Assembly: GCA_033762915.1 (NCBI GenBank)
Contig: JANRLD010000066.1
Coordinates: 1-54,689 of the forward strand
Length of the DNA stretch: 54,689 nucleotides
DNA from: Meiothermus sp.
GTDB lineage: Bacteria; Deinococcota; Deinococci; Deinococcales; Thermaceae
Direction: 5' to 3'
Part shown: positions 41,389 to 50,491 of the stretch, piece after piece
Position numbering within the stretch: the stretch's first letter is position 1
Layout of the letters: each line of letters opens with the position of its first letter
Translations under genes and position numbers: made by a program
The notes under the pieces: model-generated
The model's database searches: none
What the model was told of the DNA's origin: nothing
Seen by the model: the letters and a program-made list of their open reading frames with translations, nothing else

Positions 41389-41472
41389 CCGATGACGCTG
41401 TGGCGATACTCCTTATCCCGCCTCCCGCATCCACTCTTGACACCCGCCCCCCGACCCTCGAGGCTATAACCG

Positions 41473-42078
41473 ATGTACGTGGCTATCGAGGGCGTGATCG
41501 GGGTGGGCAAGACTACCCTGACCCGGCTGCTGGCAGAGCGGCTGGGGGCTGAACGGCTGCACGAGGTGGTGGAGGAGAACCCTTTCCTGCCGCTGTTCTA
41601 CCAGGACCCAGTAGCCTACGGCTTCAAGGTGCAGGTGTTCTTCCTGCTCTCGAGGTACAAGCAACTGCTCCCGCTGGCCCAGCCGGGGCTGTTCGGTGCG
41701 GGTGTGGTGGCCGACTACCTCTTCGACAAGGACGCCATCTTCGCGGCCATGAACCTCGCGGGCGACGAGTGGAGCCTCTACACCGACCTCTACAGCAGCT
41801 TGGCCCCCAAAATCCCCGTGCCCGACCTTACCATCTACCTCAAGGCCCCCCTGCCGGTGATCCTGGAGCGCATCCGCCGCCGGGGCCGCGAGTTCGAGCG
41901 CGCCATAGACCCCAACTACCTCTCCCGCCTCTCCGAGTTCTACGAGCGCCACTTCACCACCTACCCTCACCCCCTGTGGGTCATCAACACCGACGGCCTC
42001 AACTTCGCCGACGAACAAGACCACCGGGAGTGGGTGGTGGCCGAGGTGGAGAAGCGGCTGGGGATGGTAGTGAGATAA
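41473..42078 (+). CDS. Deoxynucleoside kinase
   Basis: IEGVIGVGKTT, ENPFL and RIRRRGR motifs. Confidence 0.92.
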   Translation: MYVAIEGVIGVGKTTLTRLLAERLGAERLHEVVEENPFLPLFYQDPVAYGFKVQVFFLLSRYKQLLPLAQPGLFGAGVVADYLFDKDAIFAAMNLAGDEWSLYTDLYSSLAPKIPVPDLTIYLKAPLPVILERIRRRGREFERAIDPNYLSRLSEFYERHFTTYPHPLWVINTDGLNFADEQDHREWVVAEVEKRLGMVVR

Positions 42079-42167
42079 GGAGGAAAGTGGAAGGAGAACA
42101 GAGAAGAGCAAAGGCGTAAACCCCTGCGGTCTCCTTCCTCTCTCCCCTATTCTCTTTCCTCGCAATT

Positions 42168-42788
42168 ATGTATCTGGCCATTGCCGGAAACATCGGCTCG
42201 GGCAAGTCCACCCTGACCGGGCTCCTGTCCCAGCGCTACGGGCTGCTGCCGGTCTACGAGGCGGTGGACGAGAACCCCTATCTCGCCGACTTCTACGCCG
42301 ACATGGGACGCTGGGCCTTCCAGTCGCAGGTCTTCTTCCTCTCGAAGCGGCTGCGGCAGCACCTCGAGCAGGTCAACCCGGCCCAGCACGTGGTGCAAGA
42401 CCGCACCGTCTACGAGGACGCCTTCATCTTCGCCCAAAACCTGCGCGTGTCGGGCCACCTCAGCGAGCGGGACTGGAAGACCTACCTTTCGCTCTACGAG
42501 GGGGTCTCCTCGGCGCTGCGCAGGCCGGACCTGCTGATCTACGTGCGCTCCTCGGTCAAGACCTTGCAGCAGCACATCGCCCGCCGGGGCCGCACCTTCG
42601 AGCAGCAAATCCCCGAGCAGTACCTGTCCGACCTCAACAACTTGTACGAAGCCTGGATCGGCTCCTACAACCTCTCCCCCGTCCTGGTGATCTCCTCCGA
42701 CAGCGTGAACTACGCCGACGACGAGGAGACCAGAGAGCTGATGTTCCGGATGCTCGAGGGGTTTGGGCTGAGCACGCCGCTGGTCTGA
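42168..42788 (+). CDS. Deoxynucleoside kinase (second paralogue)
   Basis: IAGNIGSGKST, ENPYL, DRTVYED and IARRGR motifs. Confidence 0.92.
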   Translation: MYLAIAGNIGSGKSTLTGLLSQRYGLLPVYEAVDENPYLADFYADMGRWAFQSQVFFLSKRLRQHLEQVNPAQHVVQDRTVYEDAFIFAQNLRVSGHLSERDWKTYLSLYEGVSSALRRPDLLIYVRSSVKTLQQHIARRGRTFEQQIPEQYLSDLNNLYEAWIGSYNLSPVLVISSDSVNYADDEETRELMFRMLEGFGLSTPLV

Positions 42789-42881
42789 TCGCGTTTCCAA
42801 CCCTTACCTCCCTCGCGGCGGCAGGTAATGTACTCCCTACAGCAAAACCGCTGTAGGGAGTAGGCGTGGGAACCGCTCTAG
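42788..42881 (-). mobile_element. MITE/REP-like element, copy 3
   Basis: ATCGCGTTTCCAAC...TACTCCCTACAGC-AAAACC-GCTGTAGGGAGTA...GTGGGAACCGCTCTAG. Confidence 0.85.
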
Positions 42882-43007
42882 AAGGCCCGCTGCCCAGGCT
42901 GGTGGGCCAAAATATCAACTGCCTAAAACAGGTTCAAATTCGCTTGAATACCCCAGACCGGGCTGCTACCCTCGCGCAGGGTACACAAACCCTCTCGAGG
43001 TAATTGC

Positions 43008-44399
43008 ATGAAGCATCTCCCCAAACTCATCAGCATCGCCCTGCTGGCCCTGTTGGCAGCCTGCACTCAGACACCGGCTCCCGCCCCCACCCTCGCGGTC
43101 TCGCCCAAGACTCTCTCCTTCAGCGCAGGTGACGTGGGCAAGCCCGTGACCGCAACCCTGACCGGCAGCAGCGAGGCCATTACCTGGAGCCTCAGCCCGG
43201 CAGGCACAGGAACACTCTCCGCTTCCACCGGAACCAGCGTCACCTACACGCCGCCCGCCAACGTGGCGGCCGCCACCACCGTTACCCTGACCGCGACCTC
43301 GAGCGGGGTCAGCGACAGCGCGACCATAACCGTCAACCCCCAGCCTGCCATTGGCGTCAGCCCCAAGACCCGCACGGTCGTCGCGGGGAGCGCCGCCACG
43401 GCCTTCACCGTCACCCTGAGCACCGCCAAGGGAACGATCACCTGGAGTCTGAGCCCCAACCTGGGCAGCCTGTCGGCCACCACCGGCACTTCGGTAAACT
43501 ACACCCCGCCCGCCAACGTGGCGGCTGCCACCACCGTTACCCTGACCGCGACCTCGAGCGGGGTCAGCGACAGCGCGACCATCACCATCAGCCCACTCCC
43601 TACGCTCACCGTCAGCCCCAACACCCGCACCATAGTGGCGGGAAGCGCGGCGACAAGCTTCTCGGCAATTCTAGCCAACAGCGCAGAGACGATCACCTGG
43701 AACCTCAGCCCCAGTCTAGGAACCCTCTCGGCCAACACCGGTTCTTTGGTCGAGTACACCCCGCCCACGACGGTCGCCAGCAGCACCGAAGTTACGCTAA
43801 CCGCCTCGGCAGGCAGCCTGAGCGCCAGTGCCACCATCACCGTCAACCCGTTTGTCAACTCGGCAGGCGAGGGCCGCAACATCACCCTGCAGAACTGGCC
43901 TGCGGGCTCGAGCGGAACGCTCAACTTCACCAGCGTTGTCTCGGGCTCCTTCACTCAAACTCCAGTTGCTAGCACCTCAATTAACGCGACAGGGCAGTTC
44001 AGTTACAACTTGGCCGCAGCCACTGTTTTAGGCCCGATCAGCGGAACTTTTCCTTCAAACTGTGGTCTGGATGTGGTCAATCCTAGCCCAGGCGCACAGA
44101 TTGCCAACGGGGTCATCAACGCAGTCGAGGGTAGCAACCCGCAACGCTCGGTAAGGATTGCCAACAACGCGACCGCCCCCGTAGGTGCTCCCGTGATTGG
44201 CTATGCCAGTGCCAGTCTGATGTATAGCAATGCTGCTTGGTCGGTTACCGGGACTTGCACCACTGGGGGATCCACCAACACTTATGCACTGAACCTGGTT
44301 CAGGGCTGGAACTGGTTCATCATCACCACGAACTCGGCCACCAGCCAAACCTTCAGCACCGCCACCACGCTGCCTGCGGGTTTCAACTGGTACTACTAA
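43008..44399 (+). CDS. Lipoprotein with three tandem Ig-like repeats and a distinct C-terminal domain
   Basis: Lipobox LLAAC; three ~85-aa Thr/Ser-rich repeats (VSP...ITW.LSP...YTPP...ATIT). Confidence 0.85.
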   Translation: MKHLPKLISIALLALLAACTQTPAPAPTLAVSPKTLSFSAGDVGKPVTATLTGSSEAITWSLSPAGTGTLSASTGTSVTYTPPANVAAATTVTLTATSSGVSDSATITVNPQPAIGVSPKTRTVVAGSAATAFTVTLSTAKGTITWSLSPNLGSLSATTGTSVNYTPPANVAAATTVTLTATSSGVSDSATITISPLPTLTVSPNTRTIVAGSAATSFSAILANSAETITWNLSPSLGTLSANTGSLVEYTPPTTVASSTEVTLTASAGSLSASATITVNPFVNSAGEGRNITLQNWPAGSSGTLNFTSVVSGSFTQTPVASTSINATGQFSYNLAAATVLGPISGTFPSNCGLDVVNPSPGAQIANGVINAVEGSNPQRSVRIANNATAPVGAPVIGYASASLMYSNAAWSVTGTCTTGGSTNTYALNLVQGWNWFIITTNSATSQTFSTATTLPAGFNWYY

Positions 44400-44418
44400 A
44401 CCCACCATAAACCAGTTC

Positions 44419-44446
44419 GCCGCCCCTGACCCACGGGGCGGCTTTT
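44419..44446 (+). terminator. Rho-independent terminator
   Basis: GCCGCCCC-N8-GGGGCGGC-TTTT. Confidence 0.75.
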
Positions 44447-44470
44447 CCTTTCATGTAGACTAGCCCCCTG

Positions 44471-45931
44471 ATGACCCTGCGTCAGCTTTTCGACGACCCC
44501 AGCCTGAGCGACCTCGAGATTCGCGGAATTACCCATGACTCCCGATTGGTCGAGCCGGGCTTCGTGTTCGTGGCGGTTCCGGGCGTACCGCTGCCCAGCC
44601 GTAAGCCCTTTGACGGGCACGACTACATCGGGCAAGCCGTGGGTAAAGGCGCGGCGGCGGTGGTGGGGAGCAGGGCAATCGCTGAACTCGAGGGCGGTGG
44701 GTACAGCCCTGCTTCGCAGCAACCACCCTACATCCGGGTGGAGGATGCCAGGGCCGCCCTGGCCGACTTGAGCGCGGCCTTTTGGGGCCACCCGGCGCGG
44801 CAGCTCGAGCTGCTGGGGGTCACCGGCTCCAAGGGCAAGACCACCGTGACGGTGCTGGTCCACCACCTGCTGCAGTCGGCGGGAGCGCCGGTGGGCAGGC
44901 TGTCCACGGTGGGGATCAAGATCGGAGCGGAGGAGCTGTTTCTGCCGGGGCACTTCACCACGCCCGAGGCCCCGCAGGTGCAGGAGATGCTGCGCCGCTT
45001 CGTGGAGGCGGGGTGCAGGCGGGCGGTGCTCGAGGTCTCGAGCCACGCGCTGCAGCTCGAGCGGGTGCGGGGCCTGGAGTACGCGGTGGGGGTCTTCACC
45101 AACCTCTTCGAAGACCACCTGGACTTGCACAAGACGATGGAGAACTACTTCGCCCAGAAGACCAAACTCCTGGAGCGCTCCCGCTTCTGTGTCGTCAACG
45201 CCGACAACGAGTGGACGCGGACGCTGGTCGGGCGGTTCGCGGGCTGGAGCTACGGTGCGGCGGGCGACTGGCGGGCCGAGCACTTGCGCGAGGCCCCAGG
45301 CGGCCTCCGGTTTCAGGCGATCTCACCGCTGGGCGAGTTCCCGGCGGAGGTACCGATGGTGGGGGCCTTCAACGCCCACAACGCCCTGGCGGCGATGGCG
45401 GCCTGCGCCCGGATGGGCCTCGAGGTGTCCGAGCTACAGGCCGGGCTCAAGAGCTTCCCCGGCGTGCCGGGGCGGATGCAGCTGATTCAGAGCGAGCCCT
45501 TCCGCGCCATCGTGGACTTCGCCCACACCGGGGCCAGCCTCGAGGCCGCCCTCCGCACCCTGCGCCCCACCACCCGGGGCCGTCTGGTGGTGGTGATCGG
45601 GGCAGCGGGCAACCAGGACCCCGGCCGCCGCGCGGGCATCGGTCGGGCCGCGGCAGAGCTGGCCGACTTTGCCGTCTTCACCGAGGAAGACCACCGCACC
45701 GAGAGCCTCGAGGCTATCCTGGGCAGCATGGCCGAGGCCCACGGCGACCCCGCCCGCCACGCCCTGATCCCCGACCGCCTCGAGGCCATCGCCTGGGCCG
45801 CCGCCCGCGCCCAACCCGGCGATACCCTGCTGTTCAGCGGCAAGGGGCATGAAAGGACCCTCGAGCGCGGCAGCGAGGCGATCCCCTGGGACGAGGTTGC
45901 GGCTGTCCGTTCGGTCCTCCCGCGCCCGTAA
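44471..45931 (+). CDS. murE: UDP-MurNAc-tripeptide synthetase (probably L-ornithine-adding)
   Basis: DSR, GVTGSKGKTT, TTPE, EVSSH, PGRM, VDFAHT and GKGHE motifs. Confidence 0.93.
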   Translation: MTLRQLFDDPSLSDLEIRGITHDSRLVEPGFVFVAVPGVPLPSRKPFDGHDYIGQAVGKGAAAVVGSRAIAELEGGGYSPASQQPPYIRVEDARAALADLSAAFWGHPARQLELLGVTGSKGKTTVTVLVHHLLQSAGAPVGRLSTVGIKIGAEELFLPGHFTTPEAPQVQEMLRRFVEAGCRRAVLEVSSHALQLERVRGLEYAVGVFTNLFEDHLDLHKTMENYFAQKTKLLERSRFCVVNADNEWTRTLVGRFAGWSYGAAGDWRAEHLREAPGGLRFQAISPLGEFPAEVPMVGAFNAHNALAAMAACARMGLEVSELQAGLKSFPGVPGRMQLIQSEPFRAIVDFAHTGASLEAALRTLRPTTRGRLVVVIGAAGNQDPGRRAGIGRAAAELADFAVFTEEDHRTESLEAILGSMAEAHGDPARHALIPDRLEAIAWAAARAQPGDTLLFSGKGHERTLERGSEAIPWDEVAAVRSVLPRP

Positions 45932-46024
45932 GCGGCGTCTCGAGCGCGGCAGCGAGGCCGAGGAGGTACGGCGCACCGCTTCCGACGGTGGCGTAAAGGC
46001 CCTGGCGCAACCTAAACTGTCGGC

Positions 46025-47059
46025 ATGGCGGAGTGGCTGCTCTACGGCGCAAACGGGTACACCGGCAGGCTGGCGGCGCAGCGGGCACTCGAGCGTGGGC
46101 TGAGGCCGGTGCTGGCTGGGCGCAACGGCGAGGCCCTGGCGCGGCTGGCGGCGGAGCTGGGGGCGGGCCTGGAGTACCGCGTACTGAGCCTGGACGACCC
46201 AGCAGCGCTGAGAGCGGCGCTCGAGGGGATGACGGCGGTGCTCCACTGTGCCGGGCCGTTTGTCCGCACCTCGCCCCCGATGGCGCAGGCGTGCCTCGAG
46301 ACCCGTACCCACTACCTCGACATCACCGGGGAGGTGCCGGTCTTCGAGGCGCTGCGCAGGTCGGACGGGGAGGCCAAGGCGGCGGGCGTCATGTTGCTGC
46401 CGGGCGTGGGCTTCGACGTGGTTCCCTCAGACTGCCTGGCGGCCCACCTCAAGGCGCAGCTCCCTAGCGCCACCCATCTCACGCTGGCCTTTCGTACCGG
46501 GTTCTTTTCCGGCGGGACGCTGGCGACGGCCCTCGAGCACCTCGGCCAGGGGACGCTGACCCGGCGCGACGGCGAACTCGTACCCGCGCCTTTGGGCCTG
46601 TCCCGCACGCTGGATTTGGGCGACGGGCCGACCCCGCTGCGGCCGCTGACCTGGGGCGATCTGGTGACGGCCTTCCACAGCACCGGCATCCCCAACATCG
46701 AGGTCTACACATCCTTCGGCGGACTGATGGGGCTTAGCGGGGTGATCGAGAAACTCCTGCGGATTCCCGGCCTGAGGCCCTGGGTGCAGCGCCGGGTACA
46801 GCGCATGGGCGGGCCGGACGCGGCGCGGCGGGCGCGGGAGGGCAGCCGGCTTTGGGGCGAGGTCAAGGACGGCGCGGGCAACGTCCGGGCGGCCCGACTG
46901 CAGGCCCCGGAGGCCTACACCCTGACCGCCCTCACGGCGGTGGCGGCCATAGAGCACGTCTTGCGCGGCAAGGCCCCGGCAGGCTTTCAGACCCCTTCGA
47001 CTGCGTTCGGGGCGGACTTCATCCTGGAGATCCCTGGCGTCGAGCGCACAGACGCCTAG
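46025..47059 (+). CDS. Saccharopine dehydrogenase-like oxidoreductase
   Basis: YGANGYTG, CAGPF, HYLDITGE and GFDVVPSD motifs. Confidence 0.9.
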   Translation: MAEWLLYGANGYTGRLAAQRALERGLRPVLAGRNGEALARLAAELGAGLEYRVLSLDDPAALRAALEGMTAVLHCAGPFVRTSPPMAQACLETRTHYLDITGEVPVFEALRRSDGEAKAAGVMLLPGVGFDVVPSDCLAAHLKAQLPSATHLTLAFRTGFFSGGTLATALEHLGQGTLTRRDGELVPAPLGLSRTLDLGDGPTPLRPLTWGDLVTAFHSTGIPNIEVYTSFGGLMGLSGVIEKLLRIPGLRPWVQRRVQRMGGPDAARRAREGSRLWGEVKDGAGNVRAARLQAPEAYTLTALTAVAAIEHVLRGKAPAGFQTPSTAFGADFILEIPGVERTDA

Positions 47060-47090
47060 TCCAGAGGCCCCTCGAGGGTGGTCTAGGGCC

Positions 47091-47582
47091 CTAGTCTGAC
47101 GCCATCGGCAAGGGAAGGCCCCCGAGGGTCTTGGTCACGCTGGCGCGTCCCTTGGGGGCTATGTTCTCCGTCACTTTTTGGCTGAAGCCGGCTATAAAAC
47201 GGAGGTCGCCGCGTTCAAATCGGGCGGCGACTTCGGTGAGGGCTAATCTGACCAGCATGGACTCATCCACAAGAATACCCAGCTCGGCGAGCTGGGTCGT
47301 GGCTTTGCGCAGTTGGATGAAATTCCGGGGCCAGACATAATAATTGCGGGGTTCACGATTCAAACCCCGCAACGTATGTGCCTGCTGTGTTTTGGCCTGC
47401 CATCCGTCAAACTCTGGGCTACTCGGGCTCGACCAATCGGCTATGGTGTCCACAATGGCCCTAATGATGGCCGAGTGCTCGGGCTTGGAACCCGTACACG
47501 CCGCCACCTGGGTCTGCAGGGCCTCCACCATCGCGGGATGGGACGGCTCGAGCCAGAAGATTTTGCGTTTCATTTGTAGCAT
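47091..47582 (-). CDS. Hypothetical 163-aa protein, possible tandem ribbon-helix-helix DNA-binding protein
   Basis: Own promoter and GGGGGA SD; two repeats ending in HSAIIRAIVD and ESMLVRLALT. Confidence 0.7.
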   Translation of the reverse strand: MLQMKRKIFWLEPSHPAMVEALQTQVAACTGSKPEHSAIIRAIVDTIADWSSPSSPEFDGWQAKTQQAHTLRGLNREPRNYYVWPRNFIQLRKATTQLAELGILVDESMLVRLALTEVAARFERGDLRFIAGFSQKVTENIAPKGRASVTKTLGGLPLPMASD

Positions 47583-47637
47583 CTGCGGTGATCCCCCCAG
47601 CGTGCCGACGGGGACAGACCCGTAACACTTAGGAGCC

Positions 47638-47666
47638 AGTATACATTTGAATGCCACCATTCTCAA
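47638..47666 (-). promoter_or_regulatory. sigma70-type promoter for the 47091-47582 gene
   Basis: Minus strand TTGAGA-17bp-TATACT. Confidence 0.7.
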
Positions 47667-47937
47667 GGCTGAGGTCACAAAAGGCCCGAACGGCAGCCGG
47701 CAACGGCCGGAAGCGGTAAGGCGTGGTGAAACGCCCATCAACCGTTGAGTCTGCCGCCCTTGGCCGCTTGTTGCGACTCTATAGAGACAGCAATCGACCG
47801 CCCAAGCCCCTCGAGCGGCTCCATCGGTTGCCCGACGGCGGGGCAATAGGCCCAGGTCCCCAGAGGCGGGCACGACCGTGGAGTTGGGTGGGCAGAGGCT
47901 CGAGTGGAGTTGAGCAAAGGCCGGTAAACTAAGCCCC

Positions 47938-48993
47938 ATGTTGTACCGCCCCCGACTGCTAACGCCCGGCCCCGTCGAACTCCACCCCAAGGCCCTCGAG
48001 GCCCTTTCCCAGCCCCAGTTGCACCACCGAAGCGACGCGGCCAAGCAGGTCTTTCTGAGGGCCAAGGCCGGGCTCGAGGCGGCCTTCAAGACCGGGGGCC
48101 AGGCCCTGATGATCACCGGCTCGGGCACGGCTGCCATGGACGCGCTGGTGCTAAATCTGTTCCAGCCGGGGTCTCGGGTGCTGGTGCCGGTGCAGGGCAA
48201 CTTCTCCGAGCGCTGGGCCAAGATTGCCCTCGAGGCCGGTCTGGAGGTGGTGCGGGTCGAACTCGAGTGGGGCAAGGTGGTCAAACCCGAGCACCTCGAG
48301 GGGGTTCCGGGGCACTTCGACGGCCTGCTGCTCACGCACTCCGAGTCATCTACCGGGGCCCTCAACGACGTGCGGGCACTGGCGGCCGCCTTCAAGGCCG
48401 CACACCCTGAGACGCTGGTGCTGGTGGACGCCATCACCAGCCTGTTTGTGAGCGAGTTTGAACTCGAGGGCTGGGGCATAGATGCCGCCGCCTCGGGCTC
48501 GCAGAAGGGCATCATGTGCCCGCCGGGGCTGGGCTACGCGGCGCTCTCGCCCCGGGCCCTCGAGCGCCTCAAGCCCCGCAGCTTCTACCTGAACCTGGGG
48601 GCCGAACTCAAGGCCCAAAGCTCGGGCGAGTCGGCTTGGACGCCCGCAATAAATCTGATCGCGGCGACGGCGGCGGTACTGCACGAGGTGCTGCCCGTCC
48701 TACCCCAGCACATCGCGCTCAAAAAAGCCCAAAACGACGTGCTCTACGCCGCTGGCGACAGTCTGGGCCTCCAGACCGTGCCCGAAGTTAAGAGCAGCGC
48801 CACCACCTGCTTTTACCTGCCCGAGGGCGTGAAGTACGCCCAGGTCAAGGAGGCGTTCGGCTCGAGGGGCGCGACCATCATCGGCGGCCAGGGGCAGCTA
48901 AAGGGCCGGGTTTTCCGCCTCTCGCTGATGGGCTACTCGGACCTGTACGACGCTTACGCGGTGGCCCAGATGATGCGCGAGGCGTTAGCTTAA
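47938..48993 (+). CDS. Class V PLP aminotransferase (alanine-glyoxylate/serine-pyruvate type)
   Basis: LLTPGP, GSGTAAM, HSESSTG, VDAITS and GSQKG motifs. Confidence 0.92.
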   Translation: MLYRPRLLTPGPVELHPKALEALSQPQLHHRSDAAKQVFLRAKAGLEAAFKTGGQALMITGSGTAAMDALVLNLFQPGSRVLVPVQGNFSERWAKIALEAGLEVVRVELEWGKVVKPEHLEGVPGHFDGLLLTHSESSTGALNDVRALAAAFKAAHPETLVLVDAITSLFVSEFELEGWGIDAAASGSQKGIMCPPGLGYAALSPRALERLKPRSFYLNLGAELKAQSSGESAWTPAINLIAATAAVLHEVLPVLPQHIALKKAQNDVLYAAGDSLGLQTVPEVKSSATTCFYLPEGVKYAQVKEAFGSRGATIIGGQGQLKGRVFRLSLMGYSDLYDAYAVAQMMREALA

Positions 48994-49277
48994 CGCTGAG
49001 CGACCCACCTTAAAACCAGCACCACCAGGTTGGTCAGCAGGTAGGGAAACGCCACAATCATAAATCCCAGACCCGCGGGGCCGACGGGCTGTATGCCGGG
49101 CGGACGGAGCGCGTCGTAGAGGGAAATCCCCACCACGGCGATTAGCAAAAAGCCGCCCAGCGCAGAGGCTACGCTATAGAGCAGCCACGTCCCCCAGGGT
49201 TTTATCCCGAAACCCATGATCGGGTTAACGACGGACAGCAGCCCCAGCAGCGCTATCACCACCGTGGCCGAGGTCAC
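48990..49277 (-). CDS. Small hypothetical membrane protein (possibly 5'-damaged; frame open to ~49412)
   Basis: Three hydrophobic segments; the upstream in-frame hydrophobic extension has no start codon. Confidence 0.5.
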   Translation of the reverse strand: MTSATVVIALLGLLSVVNPIMGFGIKPWGTWLLYSVASALGGFLLIAVVGISLYDALRPPGIQPVGPAGLGFMIVAFPYLLTNLVVLVLRWVAQR

Positions 49278-49427
49278 GTAGTCGGCGGGGCGGGCGTACC
49301 GGAAAAATAGGTAGACCAGTAGGATCAGAGCGCTCGAGACCAGGCCCTGGTAGAGAGTGGCAGCAACGCCGGCATAGCCCCAGAATAGAACAACATCGGC
49401 CTCGAGGCCGACTTAACCACAAGCGCC

Positions 49428-50306
49428 ATGGACGATGCGAAAGAGCAGCTGATTCTGGTCAACGGCGAAGCCTGGAACGTGCTCGAGGCGGGTTCCGGCC
49501 CACCCATCGTCTTCCTGCACAACGGCGGAGGGACCCTGTGGAACTGGGCGCACCAGCTCGAGCACTTCTCCCCCGCCCACCGCGTGATCGCCCCCGACCT
49601 GCCGGGCTTCGGGCGCTCGCACCGCCCCAGGAAGCCGCTGACGCTCGAGTTCTATCTGGACGGTCTCGAGGGGCTGCTGGAGGCCCTGGAGTGCCCACGG
49701 CCTGTTTTGGTGGGCAACTGCATCGGGGCCTCGGTGGCGCTCGAGTTCGCGCTGCGGCGGCCCGAGCGGGTGGCGGCCTTGGGCTTGTTTAACGTGTGCG
49801 GTGGCCTGCCGATGCTAAACCCGCAGTTGCGGTTTTGGGCCGGCTTGCGTCCCCGGACGGCCCTGGGCAAGGCCCTGCACCGTTACTTAATAGACGCCGC
49901 CGGCCACCCCCTGCTCGAGCCCCTGGGCGCACCCCTGATCTACGGCGAGGGCAGGCCGAGGCCACACCCGAGGCTCGAGCAGTTTGCTCTCCAGCGGCGC
50001 CAAGACCCCGGCCTGCGGGCCGCGCTGGCCGACCTCGTGGGCGGCCTGGACAGCTTCGGGGTGTTCAGCCGGGGCCGCCAAAAGCCGCCCGGCTTCCCGC
50101 CGGTTTTGCTCGGCTGGGGGCGGAAAAACCGCACCTTGGAGGTACGCTGGGCGGGGGTGATCGCGGGCTGGCTCGAGCCCGAGCGGCTGTGGCAGATTGA
50201 GGGCTGCGGCCACCTGCCCATGTACGAAAATCCCGAGGCGGTGAACCGGGAGCTCGAGAGGTTCCTGGCCTCAAGCCCGGGCCAGCGCGGGCCCCTCGAG
50301 GCGTAG
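49428..50306 (+). CDS. Alpha/beta-fold hydrolase with GNCIG nucleophile elbow
   Basis: IVFLHNGGG, PDLPGFGRS, VGNCIG and GHLPMYE motifs. Confidence 0.9.
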   Translation: MDDAKEQLILVNGEAWNVLEAGSGPPIVFLHNGGGTLWNWAHQLEHFSPAHRVIAPDLPGFGRSHRPRKPLTLEFYLDGLEGLLEALECPRPVLVGNCIGASVALEFALRRPERVAALGLFNVCGGLPMLNPQLRFWAGLRPRTALGKALHRYLIDAAGHPLLEPLGAPLIYGEGRPRPHPRLEQFALQRRQDPGLRAALADLVGGLDSFGVFSRGRQKPPGFPPVLLGWGRKNRTLEVRWAGVIAGWLEPERLWQIEGCGHLPMYENPEAVNRELERFLASSPGQRGPLEA

Positions 50307-50491
50307 GCAGACCGCGGGGCGGTTGACTTCAGACACCGACCACCCGAAAAACGTAGTTGCATCACATATTTCGCGTGCCTCGAGGCGGCGTTTTCCCCGA
50401 TCCAGGGCTAGTTAATCCGGCTGCCACACGCTTTCGCTAAGAAGGGTCAAACCGCGGCGGGAAAATCGGTTTTGCTTGTTAGACTACGCCC

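Noticed and set aside
47583..48515. 474-aa minus-strand ORF 47091-48515
   Set aside because: The upstream part is antisense shadow of the aminotransferase; only 47091-47582 has its own promoter and SD.
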